Assembly: GCA_013239625.1 (NCBI GenBank)
Contig: MU056050.1
Span: 3,086,084-3,150,083 of the forward strand
Origin: Lama guanicoe
Taxonomy: Eukaryota
Direction of reading: 5' to 3'
Length of the DNA: 64,000 bases
Below the pieces are notes generated by a model. The model was not told where the DNA came from, searched no databases, and worked only from the letters and a program-made list of their open reading frames with translations. Every line of letters starts with the position of its first letter. Position 1 is the stretch's first letter. Below are positions 13,161 through 27,519 of the stretch, one piece after another. Made by a program: the position numbers and the translations under genes.

Positions 13161-14335
13161 CTGTTAATAGAGAGAAAAGGAAAAAAAAAATGAACAAACC
13201 TATAGGTGGTAGAGTCCTTTATTTTTTTCTAAATTGCAGAAACTCTGAGCCTGTAACAATCTTGCCCTCTGCTGTCTAGGGAGCACTTACTATTTAGAAT
13301 TAGATGCCAAAGATTTCTGGAAGATGTCACATGTAGTACCAAATTATTAAAAGCGTCCTGGATTTGCTGAATTGACTATTCTAGTGGAACTAAAACCCAA
13401 CCTCACCTCTAAAGTGCATAAAGGGTCTTGATGAGTTGTATTCTTATGAGACATTCATGATAAAGCCAAAAATGTACTAGAATTATACGCCATTTCTCAA
13501 AAGCAAAATGGGCTTTAAAGTACAACCCAGAAGACCAAGTCTATTGTTTATTTTTGAAATTTAGGTTGTTGCAAATAAAAATTTCTTCTCTAGCATCTTA
13601 AAATGTTTAAGCTATTATCTTGACAGCTTAAATATGATAATCAGTATTTCATTTTCATTAATAAGTGACAATGGGAAGCTTTTAAAGTAAGTGTTCATAT
13701 TAAATTCACCACTACTAAAAGCATTAGAACCTAAGTATTTTGTTGAGAAATGTTTTCATGACTGTAAATGTTTATCAGGTCTCTGCTACTAATTTCCCTT
13801 CAATCCATTCTCAGAGAAAAATAGGTTTCAGGGGAATTGAGAAGGCTTTGAAGGTGCCCATAGGTATTTCTGGTGACATAAGGATGTGCAATGCAACAGA
13901 ACTTTGGTAAGTCTTACGCTAAGTAACTTGACTGAAAAGGTATAAAGTTATACAAAAGTCAGCCTCTGACAACGACATTAAAAATTGTTTCTAGTTTAAA
14001 ATTGTATTTTAGTATAATAACATCAGTAACATCAAATTCAAAGTCCATGAACTATTATGATATGTATGCTTTACGACTGTAGTTTAAAGAAATCATCTTC
14101 TCATTAGGCTTTTCTATAAGTTTTCCATAACTTAGCACTCCTGGATTCTGTGCTTTATGTTCCAACCCATTAAACTCATACTTCTCCTATGTACCAGCTT
14201 TCCCTTTTCCATCCAAATTATTTACTTCATCTAGTTTCACTTGGATAAGCTATTTCCGATTAGAAGGAGATATTCTAGGAAGTGGTCTTGGCATCTTCCA
14301 CTGAACTATGAGAATTTATAATGAGCGTTGAGAAA

Positions 14336-14536
14336 CAGCATTTCTTCAACTGTGGCCTTTTGATCACCTATATCAGTAGGATCACTTGAGGCACTTAAAA
14401 TGCAGATACCTGAGCTTTATTCCAGATTTACTGAATCTATCTCTGAGGAATGCATGCAGCCCAGTAATCTACATTCTAACAAATACCTCAGGTGACGCTG
14501 CAGGTGATCACCTCATTAAAGTACTGAGAACCAATG
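14336..14536 (+). mobile_element. MER5-family hAT-Charlie MITE
   Basis: cagcatttcttcaactgtgg...aaaatgcagatacctgag...agatttactgaatc...tgagaaccaatg. Confidence 0.75.
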
Positions 14537-15689
14537 CTTCAAACAGTAAATGTCCATGGTTAGAGGAATTCTGATTTAGACTTAGAGTTCTGCCTTGGGC
14601 AGAATAAAAGCAAGAGGAAGTGGTCTCTAGTCCATTTGGGGGATTCTTAGAAAGCTGAAGATGAATCTAGTGGCTGTGTGGATAGCCCCCCATTATCAAT
14701 CAGAGGAGATTATTCTTCTGATGTCCATGTGAACACATTAGATTCCTTTTTGCCAGTTTATGATGATGGTCTGGTCTCTGATCCCTGTTAGAAAACTGAA
14801 ATGGATAAGAAACTGACGCACAGCATTTCCTGAGCTACAACTGACTGGGCTGGCAGGGACATAACATCTGACAGAGACAACCATTTTTAACTCATTAAAA
14901 CATTAGTTATTTTCAGAAAATCATTAATTTATTTAAAAGTTCATTACAAAAAGGCACAAAGAATCTTTGTTTTTCATTCAGAGATGGAACAATCATTTAT
15001 ATATTTTTTTATGTAGCTTTCTTCTACCAAGCAGTAGTGGCAGTTCTAAAATCTATGTTTGAATTTCCCCTGCCCTGGGTGGTTAACAGGAGGCCATGGT
15101 GGAAGCTTTCAAAGGTAAATATAGTTGAATTTAGTTTCACATCAGGCCCTGTTGACAACTATATGGAAGCAGCCTTGTGGGAATGTAGCTATTGTAGAAA
15201 AAATGTTTAATAAAGTTTGCTCTCAAAATAAATAAAAATCCCTACATCTTATTGACTTATCTAAGAAATGTCCCCGGGCCCATAAAGCTGCACAGAGCTT
15301 AACTCCAGCCATGCAAATGAGAAGAGAAGGCAATACAGGGGGTTTTGGAAGCTGCCACCTCCAGTGGGTATCAAAGAGACACTCGGACAGACTAGGGACT
15401 CTAGAAGAAGGATGGCTACAGCAGGAACACATAAATAACTAGCGATGAAAAAGAATGTGCTTTTCTATTTACATTGGCCTCCAGGAAGCTTTGCCTTCTA
15501 TCTTTTAAATCTTACTTCAGAATCACTTCCTAAACACCAGTTCATTAGAGTTGAGAATCATTTCAAAGTTCAAGCTTAAAACCCTGTTTTTACACTAGAG
15601 CCTAAAGCCCCTTGGTATCTGCACCTGCACTGATGATGGGTTTTGCTTCCAGCAGGTTTTCTCATGAAGAAACTAAAGGTAATGAATAA

Positions 15690-15960
15690 TTGTATGGAAT
15701 GAGTATGGTCTAAAGGGCAAGGGCTTTGGAATCAGACACACTGGCTGTCTCCAATCTCAATTTTGTCACTTGTTGGCTGTGAGACTTTACTAAATTGCTT
15801 ACTAAATTCCAAGCCTTTGTTTCCTTATTTGTAATATAAGTAGCACTCCACCTATGCTCTCAGGGTTGTGAGGAGAATCAAACAAGATAACTGAATGTAA
15901 GGCATCCGGTACAGTGCTTGGGGCAGAGTGGCACTCCACAAATGGTACATATTATCGTGT
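15690..15960 (+). mobile_element. MIR SINE
   Basis: gggctttggaatcagacac...ctcagggttgtgaggagaatcaaacaagataa...ggtacagtgcttgg. Confidence 0.75.
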
Positions 15961-17957
15961 TACTGAGCAGGTTGGCTGAGATTAGGGGATATTGATAACT
16001 CTGTCTATATGACTGGAAAATAATATATAATAATATAGGCCAGTGGCTAGCCTATATTAGTTGTTCAATAAATGTTGGTTTTTAAGGCTGTTTTGATCCC
16101 TATGAGTAGCAGACCAAATATAGCTAATCAACTGATTCTAACATTATCATGAAGTAGATAAATGAGCAGCATTTAGAAGAGTTCATACAGACCTTAATTT
16201 GTTTAATCAGACATATTAACCTCTTTTTACTGTGATTAGGATAAATTATAAAAACAAAAATAACACAGAGAATTTAGAGTAAATAGTTTATACACCTTTG
16301 ATTTTTAAGGAAATTTACTTGGATTGTCTTTAAGTGGAACTGTCAGACAAATGTTTCTGTTGCCTATAATCGTCAAAAGACAACAGGAAAATGAAGAAAC
16401 CGACTTGCGTGAGGAAAAAGCAACTATGTGGTTGCATGTGAGACTAACAGCTTGATATCTGGATAATAGGAATTATATCTCAAAGGTTAGGTTCTTTTGG
16501 GGAGGAAGTAAGGGACAGGAAAAAAACTCTAAGCATGTTTCTGAGTCTATTGAGTTTTGAAAGGTTAATAGCTTGGTTAGTGTTTTAACTTGAGCTTAGG
16601 GGTAAGGATAACAGGGAGAGAAAATCTTCACAAATGTTTTAGATCTCCTAATAGCTCTGATTTCTTAGAAGAAACTTAACCTCTCATAACTCATTACTAT
16701 TTGCATTATCAAAACTGGGCCTTGGTAGACAAATATCATGAAAGATGCATCTGATCAATTTGCCCCACTGAATCTGTGAGTGGCAAAACAGTGTCATGGA
16801 TTAAAGTATTTTTTTTTCTAACTTAACAAATATTTTGTCTTTTGAAGATGTAAGATCAGTGGAGTTTTTCTCTAGGGGGAAAAATCATCAGTGCATTTTT
16901 ATTGCCTTTCTGATTATTTTAGAGGAAAGTTTTTTGATAATCTTATGGCTGGAATACCATTTTCTACTGACAAAAGGTCTTCAGCATCAAGTAAAAATAG
17001 AACATAATTGTTATAAAGAGCAGATGGTATATCTATTAACAGTCAACACGTCTTCCTAAACATATGGTTGAACAGGTTAACTAAAGGATAAAGTGGTAAG
17101 AGTTGTATAGAAAGCTGACAGCTGTAAAACATTTTCCTTTCTTTTCGAAGACATGTGTTTTAGGAAAATTCACACAGTAAAACACTGTGTCTATGAGCTG
17201 TTTACCCTTAAGGCTCTAAAATTGCTAAAGAGCTCAGCTTTATTCACACCAAGGGTCATGGGGAATGAATTCACCCCCCTAAAAAAATGACAAGCGTGAG
17301 CTATCTCTCACTAACAAGGTGAAAGTGAATAAGAATGTGTGTAGACATTGTATTAAAAAGAACATGCTTTAAAAGGCTCTGGGCACAGTGAAAGAGCCAC
17401 CATTGTGATGATTTTTAAACTAAACAATTCTAAAGAAATGGCTTTGCATGACCCAAGTTATTATCCTTAAGACTCCTCTATACTCAAGGTTGTATTTTGA
17501 AATCTTAATGGTTCTAGAATCAGTTGTTCTACAGAACTGGATTGATGCTTATTTTTCCATTTAAAAAAGGTATTTATTTGCTTTTTCTTTTCGGATAGAA
17601 CTAGAATTAACAGGGCTTCTCTTTCTTATTCCCTTCTTCACTGAAGTTGTTCATCTGTGTAGCCTCCATAGGATTTATTATTCCTGGCAATTATTCCTGT
17701 TGAAAACATATAAAAAGGAGCATGGCAAGTATCCTAAAACAGCAGCAAATAATGGAGCATTTAAAAAATCTGAACCAGCAGTTAAACAACATTAATGACA
17801 ACAACAATATAAACCTTTCTCATCGTGACCTATCCTGAATGATGACTTTAAGGCAGAATGAACAATAAGCTTAAATAACATCTGTGTCACTTTTGTCACT
17901 GATTGTGTCTTTCTGGAGTTACACTGTCAATTCAGAATAATAGCCAAGGCAGCTTAC

Positions 17958-18168
17958 CAATTGCTGTCGTTAACACGAATACTTGCTCCATCTTTTTTCC
18001 ATCATTGTAAAATGCCAGATACCAAGGCCCTTGGTCCATATACTCTATGAAACCTGTTTCCTGCAGCGAGGTTAAGATCAGGTTCCGAGGGGAGTGCTGG
18101 GTATCATCAGAGCTCTTGGGGTCCTGTTTGACCAGTTGTTTTCCATCCATTAGTTTTACAAAATCAAA
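17958..18168 (-). CDS. TENM1: TENM1 coding exon, 211 nt: FDFVKLMDGKQLVKQDPKSSDDTQHSPRNLILTSLQETGFIEYMDQGPWYLAFYNDGKKMEQVFVLTTAI
   Basis: Acceptor tatttgttccag|TTT; donor ATTG|gtaagc; teneurin motif W.LAFYNDG. Confidence 0.97.
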
Positions 18169-19416
18169 CTGGAACAAATACAAACACAAATATGAGCCAC
18201 TACTTTTACTTCTAAGCTGATAAATATCTCTTAACTTCAATTGCACAACTTCACACTTCTTCACTTTGGAGGTGTGCAAAGTAGAAGAGGAGGTTATTCC
18301 TTTTTAGGTACATTTAAAACCAAAAGCATATGATTAATTCTGAAAAAAGGCTCCACTATATTTGTAAATGTTATAAACCTTTCAGTTTTGGCGTATTAAA
18401 AATAATTGTTTAAAAATAAATAAAGAAATAGAAAAAATCTTATTTAGTATCATGCAAAAGAATCTTGATATTTTCCAAAGTATCTGATAGAAGATACTTG
18501 AAAATACACATTCCCCTTCAAATGTTACCATGACCCTCTTTGCAAATTAAAAAGAATTTTACAGTTTTTAAAACAAATAAATGAAGAGTTAAAAATTTGA
18601 GAACATTCATCATAATTTACTACCTTTGTGGTAACATATTTAACTATTCAAATACCCTGTCCCCCTCACCCCCAATCAATGGACAAGCACATGGCCCACA
18701 TATCCTTGGACATTATTTTTTAACAGTCACATTTGAATGGCATTCTAATTCTCTGCCTATTCTGAACCAGAAGGTAAGGGTCTGACTATAGTCGTATCTG
18801 TTGGGAAAAAAGCAAGCCCTAGATGGTTACTATTCCTGATGCTACTTCTTAGGTGGAGGAGGGCCTCAAATGGGTGCCTGTAAGGAAGTGATGAGGGAAG
18901 GAAACTGAGGGAAATGAGGTGGTAAAGCTTTACAGAAGGATTTTGTAAACCATAGAGGTTTTACGTATTTGAGTTATTATTAACAATAATAAGGAAAAAA
19001 ATTCTACCCGCAAGACAAACCCTTTTTTTTTCATTTCCGTGTTGATTTGCATCCCTTTACTGAGACATCAGGTCAGGAATGTATGGAACCAGGGAAGGAG
19101 GTGTGGGAACCAAAGCTAAGTTAAGACAAGGGGGCTAGAAAGGCTCACGATCTTCCTGTTCCAGAGAACAGAACTCAAGTTTCAAGAATATTTTCTTAAA
19201 CTACCTTTTTTGAATCTGCTCTGCTAAATGCTATTCCTTATTTCTCAATGCCATTTTTTTTTCATTTGCTTGACTGTGATTATTCTGGATATTTGCTCAT
19301 TACAAAAACTGTCTGCCTTCACCTTTGACTCCCACACACTTTACAAGTCACAAACCCTGAACTATTCATCCCACCACAATCTAGAAGGGTCAAGAAATAC
19401 CTATAACATCAAATAC

Positions 19417-19616
19417 CTGAGTGTGTGTAGGTGGAATGTTTCTTCTGCCATAAATTCCCAGCAGAGAGTCCTTGGCTAAGGAAATATTGAATTTCAGATA
19501 TATAGGATGGTGGATAGTAATCTGAAAACGCCAGAATAAGCCAGGTGGAATGGTCTGCATGACCTGTGCACCAATGTCAACTTCTCCGGTGTCTATTGCC
19601 CGTCCCTTCTGAAACA
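19417..19616 (-). CDS. TENM1: TENM1 coding exon, 200 nt: (V)[66 protein letters not shown]
   Basis: Acceptor ttttctttatctttaaaaccag|TG; donor CAG|gtattt; teneurin motif GIYGRR..PP.HTQ. Confidence 0.97.
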
Positions 19617-19739
19617 CTGGTTTTAAAGATAAAGAAAAGTATATATTATATATAATATTAATCTTAAGTTATAAAACAATAGTTTTTCATTCTTCAAGAG
19701 CAGATATATCAAAGAGACTTACTCAAATCTTTCTTCCTC

Positions 19740-20660
19740 CCCACCCCATCCATCTTTTTATTTAGACCTTACCCAAATTAAATATCTTTCAAGGAGCCTT
19801 CCCTAACCAACCACTATATCAGTCTATCAGTCTCTCCCTCCTCTGAACAACTATTGCATTTATTTCCATCACTAGAGTAATTTTAACCATTATTTACTGA
19901 GGTCTGTCTCAGTAGCTGCAGGAGATACAAAGATGAGTAAGATACAGTTCTTGCTCTCAAGGAACTCTGAATGTAGGAGAGAAAATAGGTATTTGGTTGG
20001 AGGATACTCATTCCTAGCTGCCTCCCTCCCCCTTATCTTTCTTTATCTTTTTCCTTAGCACTTATCACCACCTAACATACCACATATTTTACTTATTTAT
20101 TATTTATTGCCTGCTTTCCCCCAAAGAATATAAGCTCCATGAAGCTGTGGCTGTTTTGTTTATTGCTTTATCTCCAGTAACTAGAAGAACTGTAGACAAA
20201 TAGTATGTGATCAGTACATATTTATTCAATCAATGAATGAATGAGAAAAGGGTATTTATGGGAAGTGATACGGAAGACAAGCCTTAAAGGAGGGAGAGGA
20301 TTTCAACAGAGCTGTTGGGAAGGATTTTCCACATGGAAGGAACAGCTTGAACCAAGACAAACAGGAAGGAAACTGTAAAGCTAAGGTGTAGGATATGTGT
20401 GTAGAAAGAGGAGCAGGTGGAGATAAGGCAGTGGGGGGAAAGGATGACATCATCTTCTAAAGGGCCTTGAGGGCCAGTCCTAAATAGTTTACTTAGTAAA
20501 GGGTGGAAAGCCATTAAAGGTTTTTAAGAAGAAGGCAGAGGTTTGGGTACATTAGAAAGGCTAATCTTGATGCACAAGATAGGTTGCTTTAGAGCGGGAA
20601 GACACGAGAATGATGAAGGAATTATGGGGCAATAATTCAGGTGAATGACAAGAAGTTCTA
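19740..20660. mobile_element. L2 fragments in both orientations
   Basis: L2 3' end agaatataagctccatgaag...atttattcaatcaatgaatgaatga (~20125-20245), embedded in an opposite-strand L2. Confidence 0.65.
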
Positions 20661-20828
20661 AATTTAGGGTGGGCCCAACAGCTCATGTGGAAAAAAGTAT
20701 ATTACAGTCAATTTTAAAATAAACAAGTGGGACTATATCAAACTAAAGAGAGTTTGGACAGCAAAGGAATGATAAATAAATTGAAAAGTCAACCTACAAA
20801 ATAGGAGAAAATATTCGTAAACCATATA

Positions 20829-21163
20829 CAGTCATTCCTCAATATCTGTGGGGAACTGGTTCCAGGACCCCTGCAGATTCCCAAATCTGTGGATGCTCAA
20901 GTCCCTTATATAAAATGGCAAAGTATTTGCATATAACCTATGCCCATCCTCCCATATACTTTAAATATCTCTAGATTACTTATAATACCTACTTATTACT
21001 TATAATACCTAGTACAATGTAATGCTATGTCAATAGCTGCTGACTTATGGCAAATTCAACTTTTGTTTTTTGGAACTTTTTGGAACTTTTTTCCGTGAAT
21101 ATTTTCAATCTGAGATTGACTGAATCTGCAGATGTGAAATCCAAGAATATGGAAGGCTGAATG
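20829..21163 (+). mobile_element. MER2B TcMar-Tigger MITE inserted in L1
   Basis: TA then cagtcattcctcaatatctgtggggaactggttccaggacccc...ggatgctcaagtcccttatataaaatgg...ggcaaattcaacttttg. Confidence 0.85.
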
Positions 21164-21688
21164 ATGATAAGGCATTAATATTCAAAATGTATAAAGAACT
21201 CATACAATTAAATAGCAAAAAAAAAAAAGCAAAAAAAAAGCAAATAATTCAATCTAAAAAAAGACAAAGGACTTGAATGTATATTTTTTCAAAGAAGACA
21301 TACTAATGGCCAATAGGTATATGAAAGGTGCTCAACGTCACTAATCGTTTTTGGGGGAATGCAAATCAAAATTACAACGAGATATCACCTGACACTTGTT
21401 AGGTTGGATATTATCAAAAACACGAGATAACAAATGTTGGTGAGGATATGGAGAAGAGGGAACTGCCATTTTGGAAAACAGTAGGGAATTTTCCCCAAAA
21501 AACTAAAAATAGAACTACCATATGATATAGCATTCCTATCCCTGGGTATATATCCAAAGGAGTCGAAATCAGGATCCCACAGAGATACTTACACACCCAC
21601 ATTCATTGAAACATTATTCATAAAAGCCAAGATGTGAAAAAAACCCTAAATGTCCTTCAATGGATAAATGGATAACAAAGATGTGGTG

Positions 21689-21691
<3 letters not shown>

Positions 21692-21734
<43 letters not shown>
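21692..21734. repeat. (CA)n microsatellite
   Basis: About 21 perfect units. Confidence 0.98.
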
Positions 21735-21736
<2 letters not shown>

Positions 21737-22689
21737 GAAATGTTATTCACCCATAAAAAAGAAAGAAGCCCTGCCATTTGCAACAACATGGATGAATCTG
21801 AAGGGCATTAGTAAAATAAGGTAGACAGAAAAAAGTCAATTTCATAAAAACAGAGAATAGAATGGTGGTTGCCAGGGCTGGAGAGAGGGGAAAAATGGGG
21901 TGATATGGGTCAAAGGGTACAAATTTTTAGTTATAAGAAGTTTTGAGGATCTAATGTACAGCCATGGTGACTATAGTCAATAATATGGTGTTGTATACTT
22001 GAACACTGCTGTGAGTAAATCTTAAGCATTTTCACCACACACACATGCACAAAAGAGTTAACAGTGATAACTCTATGAAGTGAAGGGTGTTTTAGTTATC
22101 TTGATCTTGATAATCATTCTACAATATACATGTATATCAAATCATCACATTGTATACTTTAAACATACACAATCATATTTGTCAATTATTCCTCAATAGT
22201 TTTAAAAAATCATGTATTATCTGGGGAGTGTAAAACTGGATTATCCCAAAGAATTGTACAAATATCAATTAACTTCAAATTATTATAAATTAAAAATTCT
22301 TATTGTACTTTTCAGCATAAATACTAAAAAATAAAAATTTATTTATTGAACTAGCATAGAGAAAATAATACTGAGATAAAAATAACTTATCTAAATGAAG
22401 GCAAGAAAGGGAACAGATTCACAGACTAGATAGGTCAATTAGAAAACAAAAGGAGATGGAAGATAAATTTCATATGTCTATATCTACAATTAAAAATAAA
22501 AAGTAGTTAACTAAATGTTCGTGTCAAAAAGCAAGGACCATCATTCTGAATTAGAAGTCAAATCTAATTACAAGTTTCTTAACAAAAATATATCTAAAAT
22601 ATAAAGAGGAATTATTTATAATAATAAAACAAGTTATTTCCCCAGGAAGAAAAGAAAAAGAAAAAAAGACAATGTACAGAAAAACTCTA

Positions 22690-22842
22690 CAGCAGCTCTT
22701 CTTAGACTTGACTGTGCATAAGAAGGGGTCTTGTTAAAAGGCAAATTCTGACTCAGTAGGTCTGAGGTTGTATATTTCTCACAAGTTCCCAAGTAACGCC
22801 CATGTTTCCTGGCCCACAGCCCACACACCAAGAAGCAGGGTT
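22690..22842 (+). mobile_element. MER5-family MITE
   Basis: ggggtcttgttaaaaggcaaattctgactcagtaggtctgagg...atttctcacaagttccca. Confidence 0.7.
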
Positions 22843-23781
22843 CTGAGGACCCGGGGACCCTAGGTATGGAAGATAAGGGATGGTCAAAACTGTGAGTTTG
22901 AGTGACTAAGTGACAGTAGTCAAAACAGGAAATCTAGAAGGAGCTGGTTAGTGTGAGAGGATGGACAATCAGATCTTTATTATTTCTGATGTGCTAGTTT
23001 AATAGAAGTTTCTGTGGGACTCTGTTGTGTGATGGGAGGGAGGGAGCGATAGAAGAGGGGCAAGAATTAGTTTGCCTTGATTTTAAGCAAGGAGTATTAC
23101 ACCTCAGGAGGGCAAGTTCAATTTGGCCTCTTTTCTCACCGCCTTTATATTTTCTAGACATCAACTCCTTTTCCACACCAAACACAGTTTAAAAACACAC
23201 ATAGTCTCTGTCCTTTGTGTTCACCCACTATAAAATTAACAGCCCATTAAGAAACACACCTGCAGTGGCTTTATTCAGAGGCCAGTGCCTTTGCAGCTTT
23301 TAACTCCCTAAAATACCTCCATTATTGCTTTTTGTGTTAAGGCCAGGAGTAATAACTATTTTAAGAATGTTCACTGTTAACTGTTAATAATAGATTTCAA
23401 ATGCAATTTTGAACATAATTATGTATTACAGGACACATAATTTTGTGGAATTGATGTTTATAATAAAATATGCCCTTTGAGATGATAAATGACCAACTGA
23501 GGACCTTATTTTTCACTGGAAGTTACTTTTTTCCAGCGTGAGACAGAACAGTTTGGTCCCTAAAGGGTTGATTATACATTTAACTCTTAAGGTCCTGGAG
23601 CAGACAAATGTATTCAATGAGCAGTAATTAACAGACTGTGTTTCTGTGGACAGTTCTGTTCTCAACTTATTGTTCAGTTTGTTCAACTGCTATCCTCCTT
23701 AGGGCCTTTTATCACTTCTTAAAATGCATCATTTGGTGATATAAACAGTTTTATAAATATAAGACAATTTAAAATGTTTTA

Positions 23782-24979
23782 CATTATCTCACATACATCT
23801 TAGCAATGTTCTCCTAGAGCAGTCTACCCAAGCAACAGAAATAAAAGCAAAGATAAACAAATGGGATCTAATTAAACTTACAAGTTTTTGCACAGCAAAG
23901 GAAACTATAAGCAAAACAAAACGAAAACCTACAGAGTGGGAGAAAATATTCGCAAAAGATGAGACTGACAAGGGCTTGATTTCCAGAATGTATAAACAGC
24001 CCATATGACTTAATAAGAAAAAAACAAACAACCCAATCCAAAAATGGACAGAAGACCTAAATAAGCAATTCTCCAATGAAGACATACAAATGGCCAAAGG
24101 CACATGAAAAAATGCTCAGTATCGCTAATTATCAGAGAAATGCAAATCAAAACTACAATGAGGTATCACCTCACACCAGTCAGTATGGCCATCATTCAAA
24201 AGTTCACAAGCGACAAATGCTGGAGAGGCTGTGGAGAAAAGGGAACCCTCCTACACTGCTAGTGGGAATGCAGTTTGATGCAGCCACTGTGGAAAACAGT
24301 ATGGAGATTCATCAAAAAAACTAAAAATAGATTTACCATATGATCCAGAAATCCCACGCCTGGGCATATATCCAGAGAGATCCTTAATTCATAAAGACAC
24401 CTGCACCCCAATGTTCATAGCAGCACTATTTACAATAGCCAAGACATGAAAACAACCTAAATGTCCATCGACAGATGACTGGATAAAGAAGTTGTGGTAT
24501 ATTTATACAATGGAACACTACTCAGCCATAAAAAAGAATAAAATAATGCCACCTGCAGTAACATGGATGTCCCTGGAGAATGTCATTCTAAGTGATGTAA
24601 GCAAGAAAGAAAAAGAAAAATACCATATGAAGTCACTCATATGTGGAATCTTAAAAAAAAAAAAAGACAAATGAACTTATATATAAAACAGAAACAGACT
24701 CACAAACATAGAAAAGAAACTTATATATACCGGGGGGAAGGAAGTGGGAAGGGATATATTGCGAGTTCGAGATTTGCAGATACTGCCTGGTATATATAAA
24801 ATAGATAAACAAATTTATACCGTATAACATAGGGAACTATATTTGATATCTTGTAGTAGCTTACGATGAAAAAGAATATGAAAACAAACGTGTGTATGTT
24901 TATATTCATGTATGACTGAAACATTGTGCTATACACCAGAAGTTGACACAACATTGTAAACTGACTATACTTCAATAAA
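23782..24979 (+). mobile_element. Young 5'-truncated L1 (camelid/artiodactyl-type 3' end) with 11-bp TSD
   Basis: ORF2 C-terminal remnant and 3'UTR ending actgactatacttcaataaaa. TSD aaaatgtttta at 23771-23781 and 24980-24990, preceded by a ttt|aaaa endonuclease site. Confidence 0.93.
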
Positions 24980-27519
24980 AAAATGTTTTAGGTCCAGCAA
25001 ACACTATTTTAAAGGTGCTATGAACAGTCTCCAATGAATAAAGATGCTGTCATTTAAAAAAAATCAGGACAAAGCTGGCTGATGGACATTAACCTTTATA
25101 TACGAGCCTTCCCGAATGCTACACCATCTCTTCCTTCTGCACTTTATGGCATCATATATTGCATAATGAGGCTTAAATGTTATTCACGAAATCAAAAGAA
25201 ACTCATGAAGTTGTGTTGTTCGAGTTTCCTGGTTATTGGCATTACTAAATATCCAAAGTATATATAGATGTCAGTTATAAAAATGATTTGAAAGAAGATG
25301 ATCTTACCCTTTGAGAGCTTGTATCATAGTTAAGACAAGGTAGGTGAAGAGACATGAAAACATGAATGAACATGTGGACTATAATTTAAATAAAAATAAC
25401 AAAGCAAGCTTTTTGCAGTGCTTTGGTATTAAAGAAATTCTCACAGCTTGCAGATGGAAAATTTCTCAGCCCCTAACCTTTTAAGAGCTTAGTGCATCAG
25501 AAAGGAAGATACCTCCCTGTTAGCAACCTACATCGCTAAATAGACTGTTCTATTTTGTCTTCTCTTAAAATGAGTTACGGATTACAATGTAGTGATTATT
25601 GGTTGACTTATTATTTCATTATTTTTCTTAATGTCACTCAAAGGAGAAACTAAAGAGAAATAAATTACTTTCAGAAAAACAGTATGTTATGTGATTTCAT
25701 GATGAAATTCTGCATCAATATAGGTAAGTGGATTAATTTTGGCCAAACTTAACATTTACTCTGATTCTTCATTTGCAAATTGTCAGTGGCAGAGTTAAAA
25801 TACACTATTAAGGTACAGGTTTTGTAATATTCATGTTTTAATTGTCATTTAATTACTTATTTTACTGAAGTATATCAGAACGCCCAAGAAAATCATGTTC
25901 TCCAGTAAAAGAGCACTTTTTCTGGCACAACTCCAAGATGAAGTGCAGAGAACCACGGATTATGTCAAACTGTGAAGAACTGTAGTTATCACAGTCTCAC
26001 CAATATCCACCAATTTAGCTCGAGCTAAACACTCTCTTTACAGGTAGCAACACAAGCATCAACTGCTGAGTGGGGAAAAAACAATGGCAGGTAGGCTGTG
26101 CTGAAGGATGGCAAACTGATGGTCTCTTAGTAGGTCAAAAGGAAAAGGTCAAGCTACCTAGAAGATAAATACAGAGGCCTGGAATTGGTGACAAACACCA
26201 TGTGTAGTGGTTGTATCGACTAAACCAAAGCTCCATTCAGACACACCCCTGAACACTAATAACATGATTATAATAGCATTGTCCTTTTAAGATGGGGGTA
26301 AATAACTATATTCTGGACATATACATGTATTGATTTTTTCTACTTAATATAGCTGGACTGCATTCAATGATCCTGTGCAAAACACAGTGGAACATTAGTA
26401 GAAGATACTGGCACATTAAAAAGATTCCACTATCAGGTCCTTGTGTAAAAATGACTAGATTCAAGGCTGCAGTTGTGTCCAGAACAGCAATCTTAGCAGT
26501 CTCTTAAAGACATCTGCAAATTCCATAAGAAGTAGCTAAGCTAAAAAAGTACCACCTTAACTGAAGGGAATGTTATCCAAAGAGATGAAAAAGAAATGTC
26601 TTAAGATCATATCTGTCTGTTCATGTAGCATGTTCAAAATCGTCAAAAGACATAATCAAATGGCTTTGATAAGTTCTTTCACCTGCCTTAGCCCTAGTGT
26701 GTGTCTCATGAGTTAAGTACCATCTTCCTTGTGTTCTTTCAAATATAATAATTGTTTCACAGTAACAAGTCTTTGTGAAATTTAGAATATCAGGGCTTGG
26801 AGCAAAATGGGGAGGTGGAATCAACCCCTATTTCCTGTGATCAAAGCTGTTCAGAGATGAAACAGGGCCAGTGAAAATCTATCATGTCCATCTATGTAGC
26901 TTTGTATAATTTTCCTTATGTAAAATGTAGAAGAAAAATATGTATTCAACACTCACTTCTTCAGGGACAGTTTTTCGAGATTGTGTATTTACACATGCCT
27001 TTTATATCATTATATAACCCAGGAGCAGACAGGAGAAAGAAAAGGAAGAGTGAAACTTGTACATAGTAGGCACTTGGTAAACACTGTTTCAATGAATTAA
27101 TAAAATAGTAATCTTAATAATTTATTTAGGACTGTTGATAATTTATTTTGACATTTTAGTACAAGGTTTGGTGAGAGGAAGAATTGAAACCATCTACACA
27201 CATAGACTTTTGGGAATTAACTGTGAATAAAAAATGTTCAGAAATAAAATACCTCTATCTTACTGACACTGATAATAGACAGTTAGATGATTGTGTAGAA
27301 AAGTCCATCAACTAGTCTTACACTTGAGCAATACATTACTGTGTAAGTGTAAACAGTTATCTCTGCACACTGAAAGACTTCAGATTCCAGTACAGTAGTT
27401 TACCTAGTATTTACACACATCTTCTCAGACAGAAGTGAAATGGCATTGTTAAAATCTTACCCTTAATTAAAGGACTGATTTTGAATTGCATTTTGAGTCA
27501 ATAGGCCTGTTTTTTTTAA

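Larger units (their letters stand above)
20700..22200 (+). mobile_element. 5'-truncated L1 (L1MA9-like 3' end), interrupted by MER2B and (CA)n
   Basis: ORF2 3' remnant (aagtgggactatatcaaactaaa...aatgcaaatcaaaattacaacgagatatcacct) and 3'UTR (agaatggtggttgccagggctgg...gtcaattattcctcaata). Confidence 0.85.

Noticed and set aside
8232..19479. Plus-strand and alternative-frame ORFs overlapping TENM1 exons
   Set aside because: These are shadow ORFs of real exons, with no independent splice or homology support.
19643..19658. 16-bp AT palindrome atattatatataatat upstream of an exon acceptor
   Set aside because: Low-complexity AT sequence, expected by chance or slippage.
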